Counted from the first letter of the stretch, positions 10,364 to 19,844 are shown. The stretch is DNA of 59,641 nucleotides from Dehalococcoidia bacterium (GCA_023228765.1 JALOAM010000001.1:1-59641), one strand, 5' to 3'. Notes: generated by a model from the sequence alone, not told the origin. Numbers and translations are program-made.

Positions 10364-11458
10364 ATGGCGACCTTTGACATCCTCGTGCTGCCCGGCGACG
10401 GCATCGGCCCGGAGGTAACGGCGGAGGGCGTCCGCGTCCTGCAGGCGGTCGGCGAGCGCTTCGAGCACGTCTTCAACTTCGAGCAGGACCTGGTGGGGGG
10501 CGCGTCGATCGACGCCGACGGCGTCGCCGTCCTCCCGGAGACCATCGAGAAGGCGCGGTCGTCATCGGCGGTGCTGTTCGGCGCCGTGGGCGGTCCGAAG
10601 TGGGACATCCCCACGGCGGACGTGCGTCCGGAGCAGGGGCTACTGGCGCTGCGCTCCGGCCTCGGCCTGTGGGCGAACCTCCGCCCTGTGACCGCGATCC
10701 CCGCACTGCTGGACGCCTCCACGCTGAAGCCCGAGGTGATCGAGGGTGTCGACCTCCTCGTCATCCGCGAGCTGACCAGCGGCCTCTACTTCGGCAAGCC
10801 GCAGGAGCGCCGCGTCGTGGACGGCCGCCGGGAGGCCGTGGACACCAACTACTACAACGAGGACGAGATCGCGCGCGTCGCCCACCTCGGCTTCCGCACG
10901 GCACGTGAGCGCCGCAAGAAGCTCACGAGCGTCGACAAGGCCAACGTGATGGCCTCCAGCCGCCTGTGGCGCGAGATCGTGGTCGAGGTGTCGCAGGAGT
11001 ACCCCGACGTGGCGCTGGAGCACGTCCTGGTCGATGCGATGACGATGCACCTCATCCGCCGCCCGCGTGACTTCGACGTGGTCATCGCCGACAACATGTT
11101 CGGCGACATCATCACGGACGAAGCCTCGATGCTCACCGGATCGATGGGCATGCTCGCCTCCGCCTCCCTCGGCCAGCTCGGCGAGGACGGCCTCGGCCTC
11201 GGCATGTACGAACCGATCCACGGGTCGGCCCCCGACATCGCCGGCAAGGGCGTCGCGAACCCCCTCGCGATGATCCTCACGACCGCGATGCTGCTCCGCC
11301 ACTCCTGCGGCCTCGAGGAGGAAGCGCAGGCCGTCGAGCGCGCCGTCATGGCCGTGATCGACGCCGGCCTCCGCACGCCAGACATCGCCGCCACCGGTGA
11401 GCCCTCGCTCCCCACCCGGGAGATGGCGGACGAGGTGCTCTCCCGCCTGGGCGCGTAG
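10364..11458 (+). CDS. leuB: 3-isopropylmalate dehydrogenase
   Basis: [18 protein letters not shown]..., [29 protein letters not shown]. Start trimmed from 10319 to the ATG at 10364. Confidence 0.93.
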   Translation: MATFDILVLPGDGIGPEVTAEGVRVLQAVGERFEHVFNFEQDLVGGASIDADGVAVLPETIEKARSSSAVLFGAVGGPKWDIPTADVRPEQGLLALRSGLGLWANLRPVTAIPALLDASTLKPEVIEGVDLLVIRELTSGLYFGKPQERRVVDGRREAVDTNYYNEDEIARVAHLGFRTARERRKKLTSVDKANVMASSRLWREIVVEVSQEYPDVALEHVLVDAMTMHLIRRPRDFDVVIADNMFGDIITDEASMLTGSMGMLASASLGQLGEDGLGLGMYEPIHGSAPDIAGKGVANPLAMILTTAMLLRHSCGLEEEAQAVERAVMAVIDAGLRTPDIAATGEPSLPTREMADEVLSRLGA

Positions 11459-11499
11459 CACCCCTCGGAGACACCTCGCGGGCTCCGGCCCCGCTCTGG

Positions 11500-11562
11500 C
11501 TCCGCCTCCGATCCGACTCCCCTCTCCCGGTTCCGGGAGAGGGGCCGGGGGTGAGGGCCCTC
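11500..11562 (-). repeat. palindromic intergenic repeat, subtype 1 (CTCTCCCGG-loop-CCGGGAGAG), reverse orientation
   Basis: The reverse complement reads GAGGGCCCTCACCCCCGGCCCCTCTCCCGGAACCGGGAGAGGGGAGTCGGATCGGAGGCGGAG. Forms a head-to-head pair with 11603-11659. Confidence 0.8.
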
Positions 11563-11602
11563 CCCCCACGAGGATCTCGGGAAATGGAAGCAGATCCGGA
11601 GC

Positions 11603-11659
11603 GGCCCTCACCCTAACCCTCTCCCGGAACCGGGAGAGGGGATCAGAGTGCGGGAGTCG
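11603..11659 (+). repeat. palindromic intergenic repeat, subtype 1, forward orientation
   Basis: GGCCCTCACCCTAACCCTCTCCCGGAACCGGGAGAGGGGATCAGAGTGCGGGAGTCG. Confidence 0.8.
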
Positions 11660-11770
11660 TGGGGCCGAAGGCGGCCCGCCGCACAATCTCCCCACCGTCA
11701 CGTTCTCTGGTAGAGCAAGGCCGTTCGGCCCTGTACCGTCGATCACTGGGGTCATTCCAGGAGGAACTCA

Positions 11771-12508
11771 TTGCGTACGTTGAGATGGCTCGCAGTGCCG
11801 GCTGTCGCGCTGGCGCTCTTCTCGGTCGCCTGCGGTGGCGACGACAACGGTGGCGAGGACAGCGAGGCGACCGAGACGTCGACCACGACCTCCACCGCGA
11901 CGTCCGAGACGACGACTGAGGCCACGGCGACGGAGTCCTCTGGCGAGGGCGAAGAGGTGGATCTCGCCTCGGTCTTCGCGGGGTTCGGCGAGGCGACCTT
12001 CAACATCACCTACCGCATGGACGGCGGCGCCGAGGGCGAGTCGATCGCCGGTGACTGGAAGTGGATCCAGGACGCCGGGGGCGAGCGCACCCGCTTCGAA
12101 GCTGAGTCCGAGGGCCAGACCGTCGTGATGATCACCACGCCGGAGCAGACGCTGGTCTGCTCGCAGGACACCTGCTTCGACGCCGGTGGCGCGATGGGCG
12201 GCGCGGTCCCGGACATCGGCGACATGTTCACGGAGAACATCGACGACGTGCAGGCGGAGGCCTCCACCGGCACGGTCCGCAAGATCGACGGCCGCGAGAT
12301 CGCCGGCACCGACACCGAGTGCGTCGAGTTCGAGGATGAGGCCGAGGGCGTGAACGGCGTCGCCTGCTACGCCGAGGGTGGCATCCCCCTCTTCGTCGAG
12401 AGCACGACCGCGGACGGCACCTTCCGCATGGAGGCGATCGAGTTCTCCACGGACGTGAGCGACGCTGACTTCGAGGCGCCCTTCCCGGTGATGAGCCTCG
12501 GCGGCTAG
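11771..12508 (+). CDS. lipoprotein, unknown function
   Basis: TTG start 6 nt after a GGAGGA RBS. Signal peptide with lipobox LFSVAC, acidic Thr/Glu-rich linker, then a globular domain with no recognised family. Confidence 0.6.
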   Translation: MRTLRWLAVPAVALALFSVACGGDDNGGEDSEATETSTTTSTATSETTTEATATESSGEGEEVDLASVFAGFGEATFNITYRMDGGAEGESIAGDWKWIQDAGGERTRFEAESEGQTVVMITTPEQTLVCSQDTCFDAGGAMGGAVPDIGDMFTENIDDVQAEASTGTVRKIDGREIAGTDTECVEFEDEAEGVNGVACYAEGGIPLFVESTTADGTFRMEAIEFSTDVSDADFEAPFPVMSLGG

Positions 12509-12587
12509 TCCGCGTTCGGGCGAGGGGATCAGAAGTCGGAGGGCGCTCCTGCCCTCTGTCACCTCATAGCCCACGAGCAGAAGGCAT

Positions 12588-12626
12588 CGGCGCCCTCCTC
12601 CCTCGCGGGGGAGGGCGCCGCTTTCT
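12588..12626 (+). terminator. intrinsic terminator-like hairpin downstream of the 11771-12508 gene
   Basis: CGGCGCCCTCC...GGAGGGCGCCG is an 11-bp perfect stem, followed by CTTTCT. Confidence 0.55.
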
Positions 12627-12683
12627 ACGCGACCGACCGTCGAGGGCTCGCCTCGTCTGTCTCCGTTGTGAGCGATCCAGTGT

Positions 12684-12738
12684 CGGAGGAGACCCTCACC
12701 CCAACCCTCTCCCGCTTCGCGGGCGAGGGGGCCAGAGG
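12684..12738 (+). repeat. palindromic intergenic repeat, subtype 2 (CTCTCCCGC-TTC-GCGGGCGAG), forward
   Basis: CGGAGGAGACCCTCACCCCAACCCTCTCCCGCTTCGCGGGCGAGGGGGCCAGAGG. Confidence 0.8.
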
Positions 12739-12834
12739 TGGTTCGACCTCCAGCGCCACTACCCGCCGACGGGCGAGGAGGTGAGAGGGCGCTACCATCG
12801 CCTCGCTCAACCCCGACTTGAGGAGGACTCCACC

Positions 12835-14205
12835 ATGCAAGACTTGGCGACCGAGCTGCGCGTGCCGGATCCGGGGATCCGTGTCCTCTTCGGGCGGGAC
12901 GCGCGATGGCAGGCATGGCTGGACGTGGAGGCAGCGCTCGCGGCGGCGGAGGCGGACCTCGGGATGATCCCGCGGGAGGCGGCCGAGGAGATCGCGCGGA
13001 AGTGCCAGCTCTCACTCCTCGACATCCCGACGATCGAGGAGGGGTTGCGGGTGACGGGGCATCCCCTGGTGCCGCTGATCTGGGAGTTGGACCGCGTGTG
13101 CGAGGGCGACGCGGGCGGGTACGTCCACTGGGGCGCGACCACGCAGAACATCACGCAGACCGGGCTCATCCTGCAGCTCCGCAAGGTGCACGCGATCATC
13201 CTCGAGCGGCTGGCGCACCTGCTGGAGGCGCTCGCCGGCCTCGCGGAGCGGACGCGGGACCACCTGCTACCAGGGCGCACGCACGGTCAGCACGCGGTGC
13301 CCGCGACGTTCGGGCTGAAGGTCGCGAGCTGGATCGACGAGATCTGCCGGCACGTGGAGCGCCTGAGGGCGTGCGAGCCTCGGCTGTTCGTCGCGATGCT
13401 CGGTGGGGGCGCCGGGACGGTCGCCTCCTTCGGCGAGCACGGGATGCAGGTGCAGGACCGGCTGGCGGAACACCTCGGCCTCGGGTCGATGCCGGTACCG
13501 TCGCGCGTGATCCTCGACCACCAGGCGGAGTACGTCCTCGTCCTCTCGATGTTCTCCTCGACGGCTACGAGGATCGCGCGGGAGATCTTCACGCTGATGA
13601 AGGAGGAGTTCGGGGAGGTGGAGGAACCTGTCTCGCCGGGCACCGTCGGCAGCAGCACGATGCCGCAGAAGCGCAACCCGAAGCTGAGCCAGGACATCAT
13701 CACGCTTGGCGCTCAGATCCGCTCGAACGTCCCGCTCGCGCTGGAGGCGATGCAGGCCGAGCACGAGGCGGACCGCGCGATCACGAACATCGGCGCACGT
13801 GCCCTCGAAGCGTCGTGCACGATGACGGGCGACGTGCTCGAGCGCCTGATCATGCTCGCGGAGGGGATGCGCGTCTTCCCGGAGCGGATGCGTAAGAACC
13901 TCGACCTCTCGGGCGGCCTCATCATGTCGGAGACGCTGATGCTGGAACTCGGCCGCGAGATCGGCCGCCAGCGCGCGCACGACGTGATCTACGACGTGGC
14001 GCAGGAGGCCGCCGTCTCCGAGCACTCCTTCCGCGACCTCCTCGCACGGAACGAGGAAGTCACGAGCCGCCTCTCCGCCGAGCGCATCGAGCAGTTCCTG
14101 GACCCCGCGAACCACATCGGACAGTGCCGGGAGCTGACGGACGCGCAGGCGTCGAGGGCGCGCGAGGTGGCCGCGGACGTGCGGTCCTCCGTCCCCGCGG
14201 GCTGA
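12835..14205 (+). CDS. class-II fumarase/aspartase-superfamily lyase (adenylosuccinate lyase / 3-carboxymuconate cycloisomerase-like)
   Basis: Superfamily signature GSSTMPQKRNP and the TxxH motif region. Start set to the ATG at 12835 behind GAGGAGGA. Exact substrate cannot be called from sequence alone. Confidence 0.8.
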   Translation: MQDLATELRVPDPGIRVLFGRDARWQAWLDVEAALAAAEADLGMIPREAAEEIARKCQLSLLDIPTIEEGLRVTGHPLVPLIWELDRVCEGDAGGYVHWGATTQNITQTGLILQLRKVHAIILERLAHLLEALAGLAERTRDHLLPGRTHGQHAVPATFGLKVASWIDEICRHVERLRACEPRLFVAMLGGGAGTVASFGEHGMQVQDRLAEHLGLGSMPVPSRVILDHQAEYVLVLSMFSSTATRIAREIFTLMKEEFGEVEEPVSPGTVGSSTMPQKRNPKLSQDIITLGAQIRSNVPLALEAMQAEHEADRAITNIGARALEASCTMTGDVLERLIMLAEGMRVFPERMRKNLDLSGGLIMSETLMLELGREIGRQRAHDVIYDVAQEAAVSEHSFRDLLARNEEVTSRLSAERIEQFLDPANHIGQCRELTDAQASRAREVAADVRSSVPAG

Positions 14206-14465
14206 GCCTCACGAGGGTTCGGGGGATCGAGATGAGATTCACACCCGGATTACACTTTGCTTGCGGATCGTGAATCGGCCTTCGCCACAGTGGACGGTGT
14301 GGAAGGGGCCGCACCCGAACTGCGGTTCGCAAGAATCAAGCAGTAGTGGTGGGAGCGGTTGCGGACCATATGCAGTGACCTTCGGGTCACGGGTTCGGCC
14401 CCGACCACAGCACACACTCCCCTCGGACGCATGAGGGCTAGAGTGACGAGCGACGAGCCCTGCTG

Positions 14466-15164
14466 ATGCCCGCCAAGATCCTCGTCGCCGACGACGAACC
14501 CAACATCGTGAAACTGCTGCGCATGTACCTCCGCGAGGAGGGCTATGACGTGGTCGCCGCGCGCGACGGGCGCGAGGCGCTCGACCGCTTCCGCACGGAG
14601 AAGCCGGACCTCGTCGTCCTCGACCTGATGATGCCTGAGATCGGGGGGTTCGAGGTCTGCACCGAGATCCGGAAGCAGTCCGACATCCCCGTGATCATGC
14701 TCACCGCCCGCTCCGACGATGTCGACAAGGTCGTCGGCCTGGAGATGGGCGCGGACGACTACATCACGAAGCCGTTCAACCCGCGCGAGTTCGTCGCGCG
14801 GGTGAAGGCCAACCTCCGCCGCCGCGACTGGGACCGCGCGGGCGCGGAGGAGAAGAACGACGAGCCGATCACCATCGATGACGTGACGCTCGACCCGGCG
14901 GGTCGTGACGTCCTCGTCGCGGGCGAGCGCGTCCGTCTCCGCCAGCGCGAGTTCGACCTGCTCACCGCGTTCATGCGCCATCCCAACGTCGCCCTCGACC
15001 GGGAGCGGCTGCTCTCGATGGTGTGGGGCGAGGACTTCTACGGGGACGCTCGCACCATCGATGTCCACGTCGCGTGGTTGCGGGAGAAGCTGAAGGCCGC
15101 GAAGCCCAAGATCGAGACCGTCTGGGGCGTCGGCTACAAGTTCGTCCCGGCGGATGCTTCATAG
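14466..15164 (+). CDS. OmpR/PhoB-family response regulator
   Basis: Receiver domain (ILVADDEPN...LVVLDLMMPE...KPF) plus a winged-helix C-terminus (TVWGVGYKF). Confidence 0.92.
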   Translation: MPAKILVADDEPNIVKLLRMYLREEGYDVVAARDGREALDRFRTEKPDLVVLDLMMPEIGGFEVCTEIRKQSDIPVIMLTARSDDVDKVVGLEMGADDYITKPFNPREFVARVKANLRRRDWDRAGAEEKNDEPITIDDVTLDPAGRDVLVAGERVRLRQREFDLLTAFMRHPNVALDRERLLSMVWGEDFYGDARTIDVHVAWLREKLKAAKPKIETVWGVGYKFVPADAS

Positions 15165-16587
15165 CTTTCGTGCCAGGCTCCTCGGGGGCTTCGGCATCGT
15201 CATCCTCATCACCCTGAGCTTCTCGGCCGTGCTGGTCGCGCTGCTGTTGCGCGACCAGCAGGCGGAGACCGCCGAGGCGCGCATCGGCGTGCTGGTGGCG
15301 CCGATCACGCAGATCGCGAGGGAGAAGGAGCTCCTCGGCTGGCCCGACGAGCTGATCCGCGTGGAGCTGTCCGCCTACGCGGACGCCTTCGACCTGCGCG
15401 TCCTGATCATGGACCGCCGCAACCGCGTCGTGATCGACACCGCAACCGGCGAGCCGCTCCTCGGCCAGGTCATGGAACTATCCTTCACCGAACCGATCCT
15501 CGCGCAAGGGCCGATGGAGGCATTCCGCACCCAGCGGCTCCGGGTGGGCGGCGACGAGCTCTACCTGTTCACCGTGGGCGAGTCGAGCTCGAACTCCATC
15601 CTCGACCGCGCACCGCTGCGACAGGTGGTCATCGCCGTCCCCGCGGGCGACGTGGCCGGCGCGTGGTGGCAGCTGCTGCCGCGCCTTGGCATCGCGGGGC
15701 TCGGTGCGGCAGCGGTCGCGGTCGTGTTCGCGCTCCTGTTCGCATCACGGGTTACGGTCCCCCTCCGCGCGATGACGCAGGCCTCGGAAGCCATGGCCGC
15801 CGGCGACCTCAGTCAGCGCATCGACGTGAACGGAGAGGACGAGGTGGGGCGACTCGCGGAGGCGTTCAACCTCATGTCCAGCCGCGTCAGCCGGGGCGAC
15901 CGCTCCATGCGCGACCTGCTCGCCAACGTCTCCCACGAGCTGCGCACGCCGCTCACCTCGATCCAGGGGTTCTCGCAGGCGATCGCGGACGGCGTCACGG
16001 ACGACCCCACCGAGGCGGCCCTGCTGATCTCGGACGAGGCGCAGCGCATCCGCCTGCTGCTGGACGACCTCCTCTACCTCTCCGAGATCGAGTCCAGCAC
16101 CGTGCACCTCAACCTCGAGGAGGTGGACCTCGACGGACTGGTGGAGGGCGCCCTCCGCCGCTTCCGCTTCCAGGCCGACGAGCGCGAGGTGGAGCTGGTT
16201 GCGAACTCGCATGGCGGATCGATCCAGGCCGACGGCCGCCGCATCGAGCAGGTGCTCGCCAACCTCGTGGAGAACGCCATCCGCTTCGCGCCCCCTCGGA
16301 CGGCCGTCACGATCACCACCTCCGAGGTCGCCGACGGCGTCCTCATCGACGTGCACAATGGCGGCGCCCCCATCCCCACCGAGGACCGCGAGCGCGTCTT
16401 TGACCGCTTCTACCAGGTCGACCGCGCGCGGAGCCCCGGCCGCCACCGCGGCCTCGGCCTCTCGATCGTCCACGAGCTGGTGCAGGCCCACCACGGCCAC
16501 GTCTCCGTCGACTCCTCCGAGGAGCGCGGCACGACGTTCTCCGTCTTCCTCCCCCTCTCGCCGAGGGCGACCGAGACCGCGGGATAG
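15154..16587 (+). CDS. membrane sensor histidine kinase (2 TM, HAMP, HisKA, HATPase_c)
   Basis: H-box SHELRTPLTSIQG, N-box LVENAIRF, G-boxes. Overlaps the regulator gene by 11 nt. Confidence 0.9.
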   Translation: MLHSFRARLLGGFGIVILITLSFSAVLVALLLRDQQAETAEARIGVLVAPITQIAREKELLGWPDELIRVELSAYADAFDLRVLIMDRRNRVVIDTATGEPLLGQVMELSFTEPILAQGPMEAFRTQRLRVGGDELYLFTVGESSSNSILDRAPLRQVVIAVPAGDVAGAWWQLLPRLGIAGLGAAAVAVVFALLFASRVTVPLRAMTQASEAMAAGDLSQRIDVNGEDEVGRLAEAFNLMSSRVSRGDRSMRDLLANVSHELRTPLTSIQGFSQAIADGVTDDPTEAALLISDEAQRIRLLLDDLLYLSEIESSTVHLNLEEVDLDGLVEGALRRFRFQADEREVELVANSHGGSIQADGRRIEQVLANLVENAIRFAPPRTAVTITTSEVADGVLIDVHNGGAPIPTEDRERVFDRFYQVDRARSPGRHRGLGLSIVHELVQAHHGHVSVDSSEERGTTFSVFLPLSPRATETAG

Positions 16588-16590
16588 GTC

Positions 16591-16645
16591 GGAGGGCCCT
16601 CACCCCCGGCCCCTCTCCCGAAACCGGGAGAGGGGAGGCGGAGTC
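16591..16645 (+). repeat. palindromic intergenic repeat, subtype 1, forward
   Basis: GGAGGGCCCTCACCCCCGGCCCCTCTCCCGAAACCGGGAGAGGGGAGGCGGAGTC. Lies between the convergent kinase and cimA genes. Confidence 0.8.
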
Positions 16646-16754
16646 TTCCGAGCCATCCGCCATAGCCCAACGGATCGGACGGTTCGGCCCCCTCCCCTGT
16701 ACGGGGGAGGGTGGGGGTGGGTACTGCGCCAGTCCTGCAAGACAGCGCCGATAT

Positions 16755-16821
16755 CGGAGCAGACTCTCACCCCATCCCTCTCCCGCTTCGCGGGCGAGGG
16801 GATCAGAGGCAGAGCGGAGTC
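16755..16821 (+). repeat. palindromic intergenic repeat, subtype 2, forward
   Basis: CGGAGCAGACTCTCACCCCATCCCTCTCCCGCTTCGCGGGCGAGGGGATCAGAGGCAGAGCGGAGTC. Confidence 0.8.
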
Positions 16822-16834
16822 AGAGCCGGAGACG

Positions 16835-18484
16835 CTACGTCGAGGCGATCTCCGCCTGACCCCAGTGCAAGATCCAGTACTCGTACGCGTCCTGGAGGGC
16901 GAGCCAGGACGCCTCGATGACGTCGGTGGAGGCGCCGACGGTACGCCAGCGGTGGAGGCCGTCCGAGGTCTCGATGAGCGTGCGGACGGCGGCGTCTGAG
17001 CCGGCCTGCGAGTTGATGATGCGCACCTTGTAGTCCACGAGATGGACCGGGGACATCGAGGGGAACACCTGGAGCAGGGCCTTCCGCACGGCGGCGTCGA
17101 GGGCGCTGACGGGGCCGTTGCCGTCGGCCGCGACCTGTACCATCTGCTCGCCGATGCGGAGCTTCACCATCGCCTCCGCCATCATGGCGCTCGCGGTCTG
17201 CTTGTCCGCCTCGTCGGAGTGGCGGCGGCGTTCCACGATGAGGAAGTCCTCCAGCATGAACGGTGCCTCGTAGCCCTCCAGCGTGCGGCGCACGAGGAGC
17301 TCGAAGGACGCCTCGGCGGACTCGAAGGCGGCGCCCTTTGACTCGCGCTCCTTCACGCGCTCCAGGGCGCGGGCGGTCTGCTCGTCGGTGAGTTCGAGCT
17401 CCACGCCCTGCTCGCGCAGCTTCTCGGAGACGTTGCGGCGGCCCGAGAGCTCCGAGACGAGCACGCGCTCCCGGTTGCCGACGCGCAGCGGGTCGACGTG
17501 GGTGTATGAGCCTGCCGACTTGGTGATCGCGGCGACGTGGAGGCCGGCCTTGTGCGCGAACGCACCCGAGCCGACGTAGGGCTGCTGCGGGTCCGGCGGC
17601 AGGTTCGCCAGCTCCTGCGCGAAGTGCGCGACCTCCGTCAGCCGGCGCAGCTGCTCGTCGGTCACCACGTCGAGGCCCATCTTCAGCTTGAGATTGCCGA
17701 TGACGGAGACGATGTTGGCGTTGCCCGTGCGCTCGCCCCAGCCGTTGAGGCACGCCTGCACCTGCGTCGCCCCCGCGCGGATCGCGAGGAGCGTGTTGGC
17801 GACGGCGCCGTCCGTGTCGTTGTGGGCGTGGATGCCGATGGCGCACGAGACCGCCTCGCGCGCGGCGCGGACTGCCGCCTCGATCTCCCAGGGCAGCGCG
17901 CCACCATTGGTGTCGCACAGCGTCACGGTCGTCGCACCGCCACGCTCCGCCGCCCGCAGGCTCGCGAGGGCGTACTCGGGGTCCTCGCGGTAGCCGTCGA
18001 AGTAGTGCTCCGCGTCGAACGTCAGCTCACGGCCCTGCTCGACGAGGTAGGCGATGGAGTCGCGGATCATGAGGAGGTTCTCCTCCTCGGTCGTCTGCAG
18101 CACCTCGCGCGCCTGGCGGCTGGAGGACTTCCCGACGAGGGTGACCGCAGGCGTGTCGGCCTCCAGCACGGCGCGGATCGCGGGGTCGGTGGCGGCATCG
18201 CCGCCGGCGCGGCGGGTGGAGCCGAAGGCCACCAGCTTCGCGTGCTGAAGCGGGACCTCCTTGGCGCGCTGGAAGAACTCCGCATCCTTCGGGTTGGAGC
18301 CGGGGTAGCCGCCCTCGATGTAGTGGACGCCCAGCTCGTCCAGCTTCTGGACGATGAGCAGCTTGTCCTCCAGCGAGAGGGAGAGCCCCTCCATGCCGAG
18401 GCCGTCGCGGAGCGTGGTGTCGTAGAGGCACAGGTCGGCGGCGTTTACGGAAGGGGCGGCGGTCTGTTGGGTATCGGTCGTCAT
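16835..18484 (-). CDS. cimA: (R)-citramalate synthase (LeuA/homocitrate synthase family, long form)
   Basis: LYDTTLRDGLGMEGLSLSLEDKLLIVQKLDELGVHYIEGGYPGSNPKD N-terminus and a C-terminal LeuA_dimer domain. This architecture matches CimA-type enzymes rather than the leuA at 4174. Confidence 0.85.
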   Translation of the reverse strand: MTTDTQQTAAPSVNAADLCLYDTTLRDGLGMEGLSLSLEDKLLIVQKLDELGVHYIEGGYPGSNPKDAEFFQRAKEVPLQHAKLVAFGSTRRAGGDAATDPAIRAVLEADTPAVTLVGKSSSRQAREVLQTTEEENLLMIRDSIAYLVEQGRELTFDAEHYFDGYREDPEYALASLRAAERGGATTVTLCDTNGGALPWEIEAAVRAAREAVSCAIGIHAHNDTDGAVANTLLAIRAGATQVQACLNGWGERTGNANIVSVIGNLKLKMGLDVVTDEQLRRLTEVAHFAQELANLPPDPQQPYVGSGAFAHKAGLHVAAITKSAGSYTHVDPLRVGNRERVLVSELSGRRNVSEKLREQGVELELTDEQTARALERVKERESKGAAFESAEASFELLVRRTLEGYEAPFMLEDFLIVERRRHSDEADKQTASAMMAEAMVKLRIGEQMVQVAADGNGPVSALDAAVRKALLQVFPSMSPVHLVDYKVRIINSQAGSDAAVRTLIETSDGLHRWRTVGASTDVIEASWLALQDAYEYWILHWGQAEIAST

Positions 18485-18781
18485 TGCGTGATCGTCTCTC
18501 CACCCGGGCGGGGCAGCGTCTGGCCGATCACACGTTGAGGTCGAACGGGGCGAGACGAGCCGGCGCGTCCGGGAACGGGTGCGTTCCTCGGTGGTTAGCG
18601 AAGCGCAATGATCGAGGCTGCCGGTCCGTGGGACCGGTCAGCGCTCACCGCCTTCGTCGTCGCAGGCACGCTTGTCATAACCAAGCCAGTGTAGGGGCGG
18701 CCCATGGCGGTGGGCAATCGGCCTTGAACCTCCGGCCGCTTCGAGGGGCAAGTGTGCTCGCATGCGTGCCCACCCAGTCCC

Positions 18782-19045
18782 CTAGTCGGCTGGGCGGGAT
18801 TGAGGGCGCTCCAACCCTCGGAGGGCCTGGGCGAGGCCCTCGCGGCCGGCAGCGATGCCGGGGAGCCGGGCCGCGGCCTGGTTCTCGCCGGCGACCTCGA
18901 CCAGGAGTTCCTCGCGCAGGACGGACACGGACCGAGGCGCCTCGATCCCGATCTTCACACGCTCACCATCGATCGCGAGCAGGCGGACGACGACCTTGCC
19001 GTCGATGACGATCCCCTGCTCTGCCTTCCGCGTCAGAATCAGCAC
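18782..19045 (-). CDS. csrA: carbon storage regulator / translational repressor CsrA
   Basis: (GTG)LILTRKAEQGIVIDGKVVVRLLAIDGERVKIGIEAPRSVSVLREE is the canonical CsrA core. AAGGAGG RBS. Located downstream of fliW. Confidence 0.92.
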   Translation of the reverse strand: MLILTRKAEQGIVIDGKVVVRLLAIDGERVKIGIEAPRSVSVLREELLVEVAGENQAAARLPGIAAGREGLAQALRGLERPQSRPAD

Positions 19046-19260
19046 CCGTGGCCTCCTTGCCTCTGGGCTCCGATCGCCTTCGTGCCCTCGCCGCCGCGCG
19101 GCAGGGGGCGAGCCGCCTCGTGCGGCCGTATCGAGGGCGATCGAGGGTGCGGCCGAGCGACCGAGACCCCACCGGGATCATCGGTCAACGGGACGCACTT
19201 CTCCAGCATCCGGACGCTCGCGGGAGCGAGCTCCTGGACGCTGCACCGAGGTGCCGGACG

Positions 19261-19782
19261 CTACGCGCTGGCGCGGAGGGCGACGCGCTCCTCGGCGTTC
19301 CCGGCAGCGGCTCCCACCTCGACGGCGCCACCCTCGGCCTCGGCCGCGGCGACCTGGGCGAAGAGGGCGAAGCGCATCGGGTAGTCGCTGTGCTGCAGGA
19401 TGACCTGGCGCGCCATGTGCGAGCGGCGGCTGAGGATCATCGGAGCCAGCAGGTTCGCCGTGATCTTCTCGGGGTCCTCGTGCAGGGTGAGCACGCAGCG
19501 GACCAGAGCGTCCTGCGCCTCGTGCATGCCCAGGGCCTCCGCGTCCGCGTCGGACAGCTCGAAGGCGTACCCCGGCATGAACGCGAACGGCTCCAGCAGC
19601 GCGAACGCGACGTCCGGGTCCTCCAGGGACTGCAGCCACTCCACGGGGGAGTCCTGCTCCGGGATGAGCGCGTACCGGCGGAGCGACTCGAAGCCGCCGA
19701 CGCCGGGGTCGAAGGAGAAGATCTGCTCCTCCATCACCTCGATCGTTTCCTCGACGCCGAGGAAGTTCGTCTTCACCAGCAT
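19261..19782 (-). CDS. fliW: flagellar assembly factor FliW (CsrA antagonist)
   Basis: MLVKTNFLGVEETIEVMEEQIFSFDPGVGGFESLRRYALI...NLLAPMIL. Start trimmed to the ATG at 19782 behind AAGGAGGAA. Ala-rich C-terminal tail. Confidence 0.88.
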   Translation of the reverse strand: MLVKTNFLGVEETIEVMEEQIFSFDPGVGGFESLRRYALIPEQDSPVEWLQSLEDPDVAFALLEPFAFMPGYAFELSDADAEALGMHEAQDALVRCVLTLHEDPEKITANLLAPMILSRRSHMARQVILQHSDYPMRFALFAQVAAAEAEGGAVEVGAAAGNAEERVALRASA

Positions 19783-19844
19783 GGTTCCTCCTTGGCGAGG
19801 GTGTCCGGCCTCGCCCTGTTCACTTGAAGTGCGTGCATCACCGG

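Noticed and set aside
11397-11783. ORFs spanning the leuB downstream region (11397-11783) and 40254-40859 and 16199-16999, with peptides like LTLTLSRNRERGSE or PSPASRAKGSE.
   Set aside because: They are read-through translations of the palindromic intergenic repeats. The same peptide strings recur because the DNA repeat recurs.
12735-12755. GGTTCGA-containing stretch that resembles a tRNA T-arm.
   Set aside because: The flanks give only a 4-bp stem with an 8-nt loop, and there is no acceptor, D or anticodon arm. It is the tail of a palindromic repeat copy. No tRNA, rRNA or CRISPR array was recognised anywhere in the window.
16690-16711. Hairpin CCCTCCCCTG-TA-CGGGGGAGGG between two repeat copies, as a further repeat family member.
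   Set aside because: It shares only the G/C-run character and lacks the CACCCC and ATCAGAG flanks. It is probably a simple terminator-like hairpin between the convergent kinase and cimA genes.
18963-19181. 72-aa ORF in the fliW-csrA spacer.
   Set aside because: It overlaps the csrA start out of frame, is Arg-rich and low-complexity, and has no RBS.
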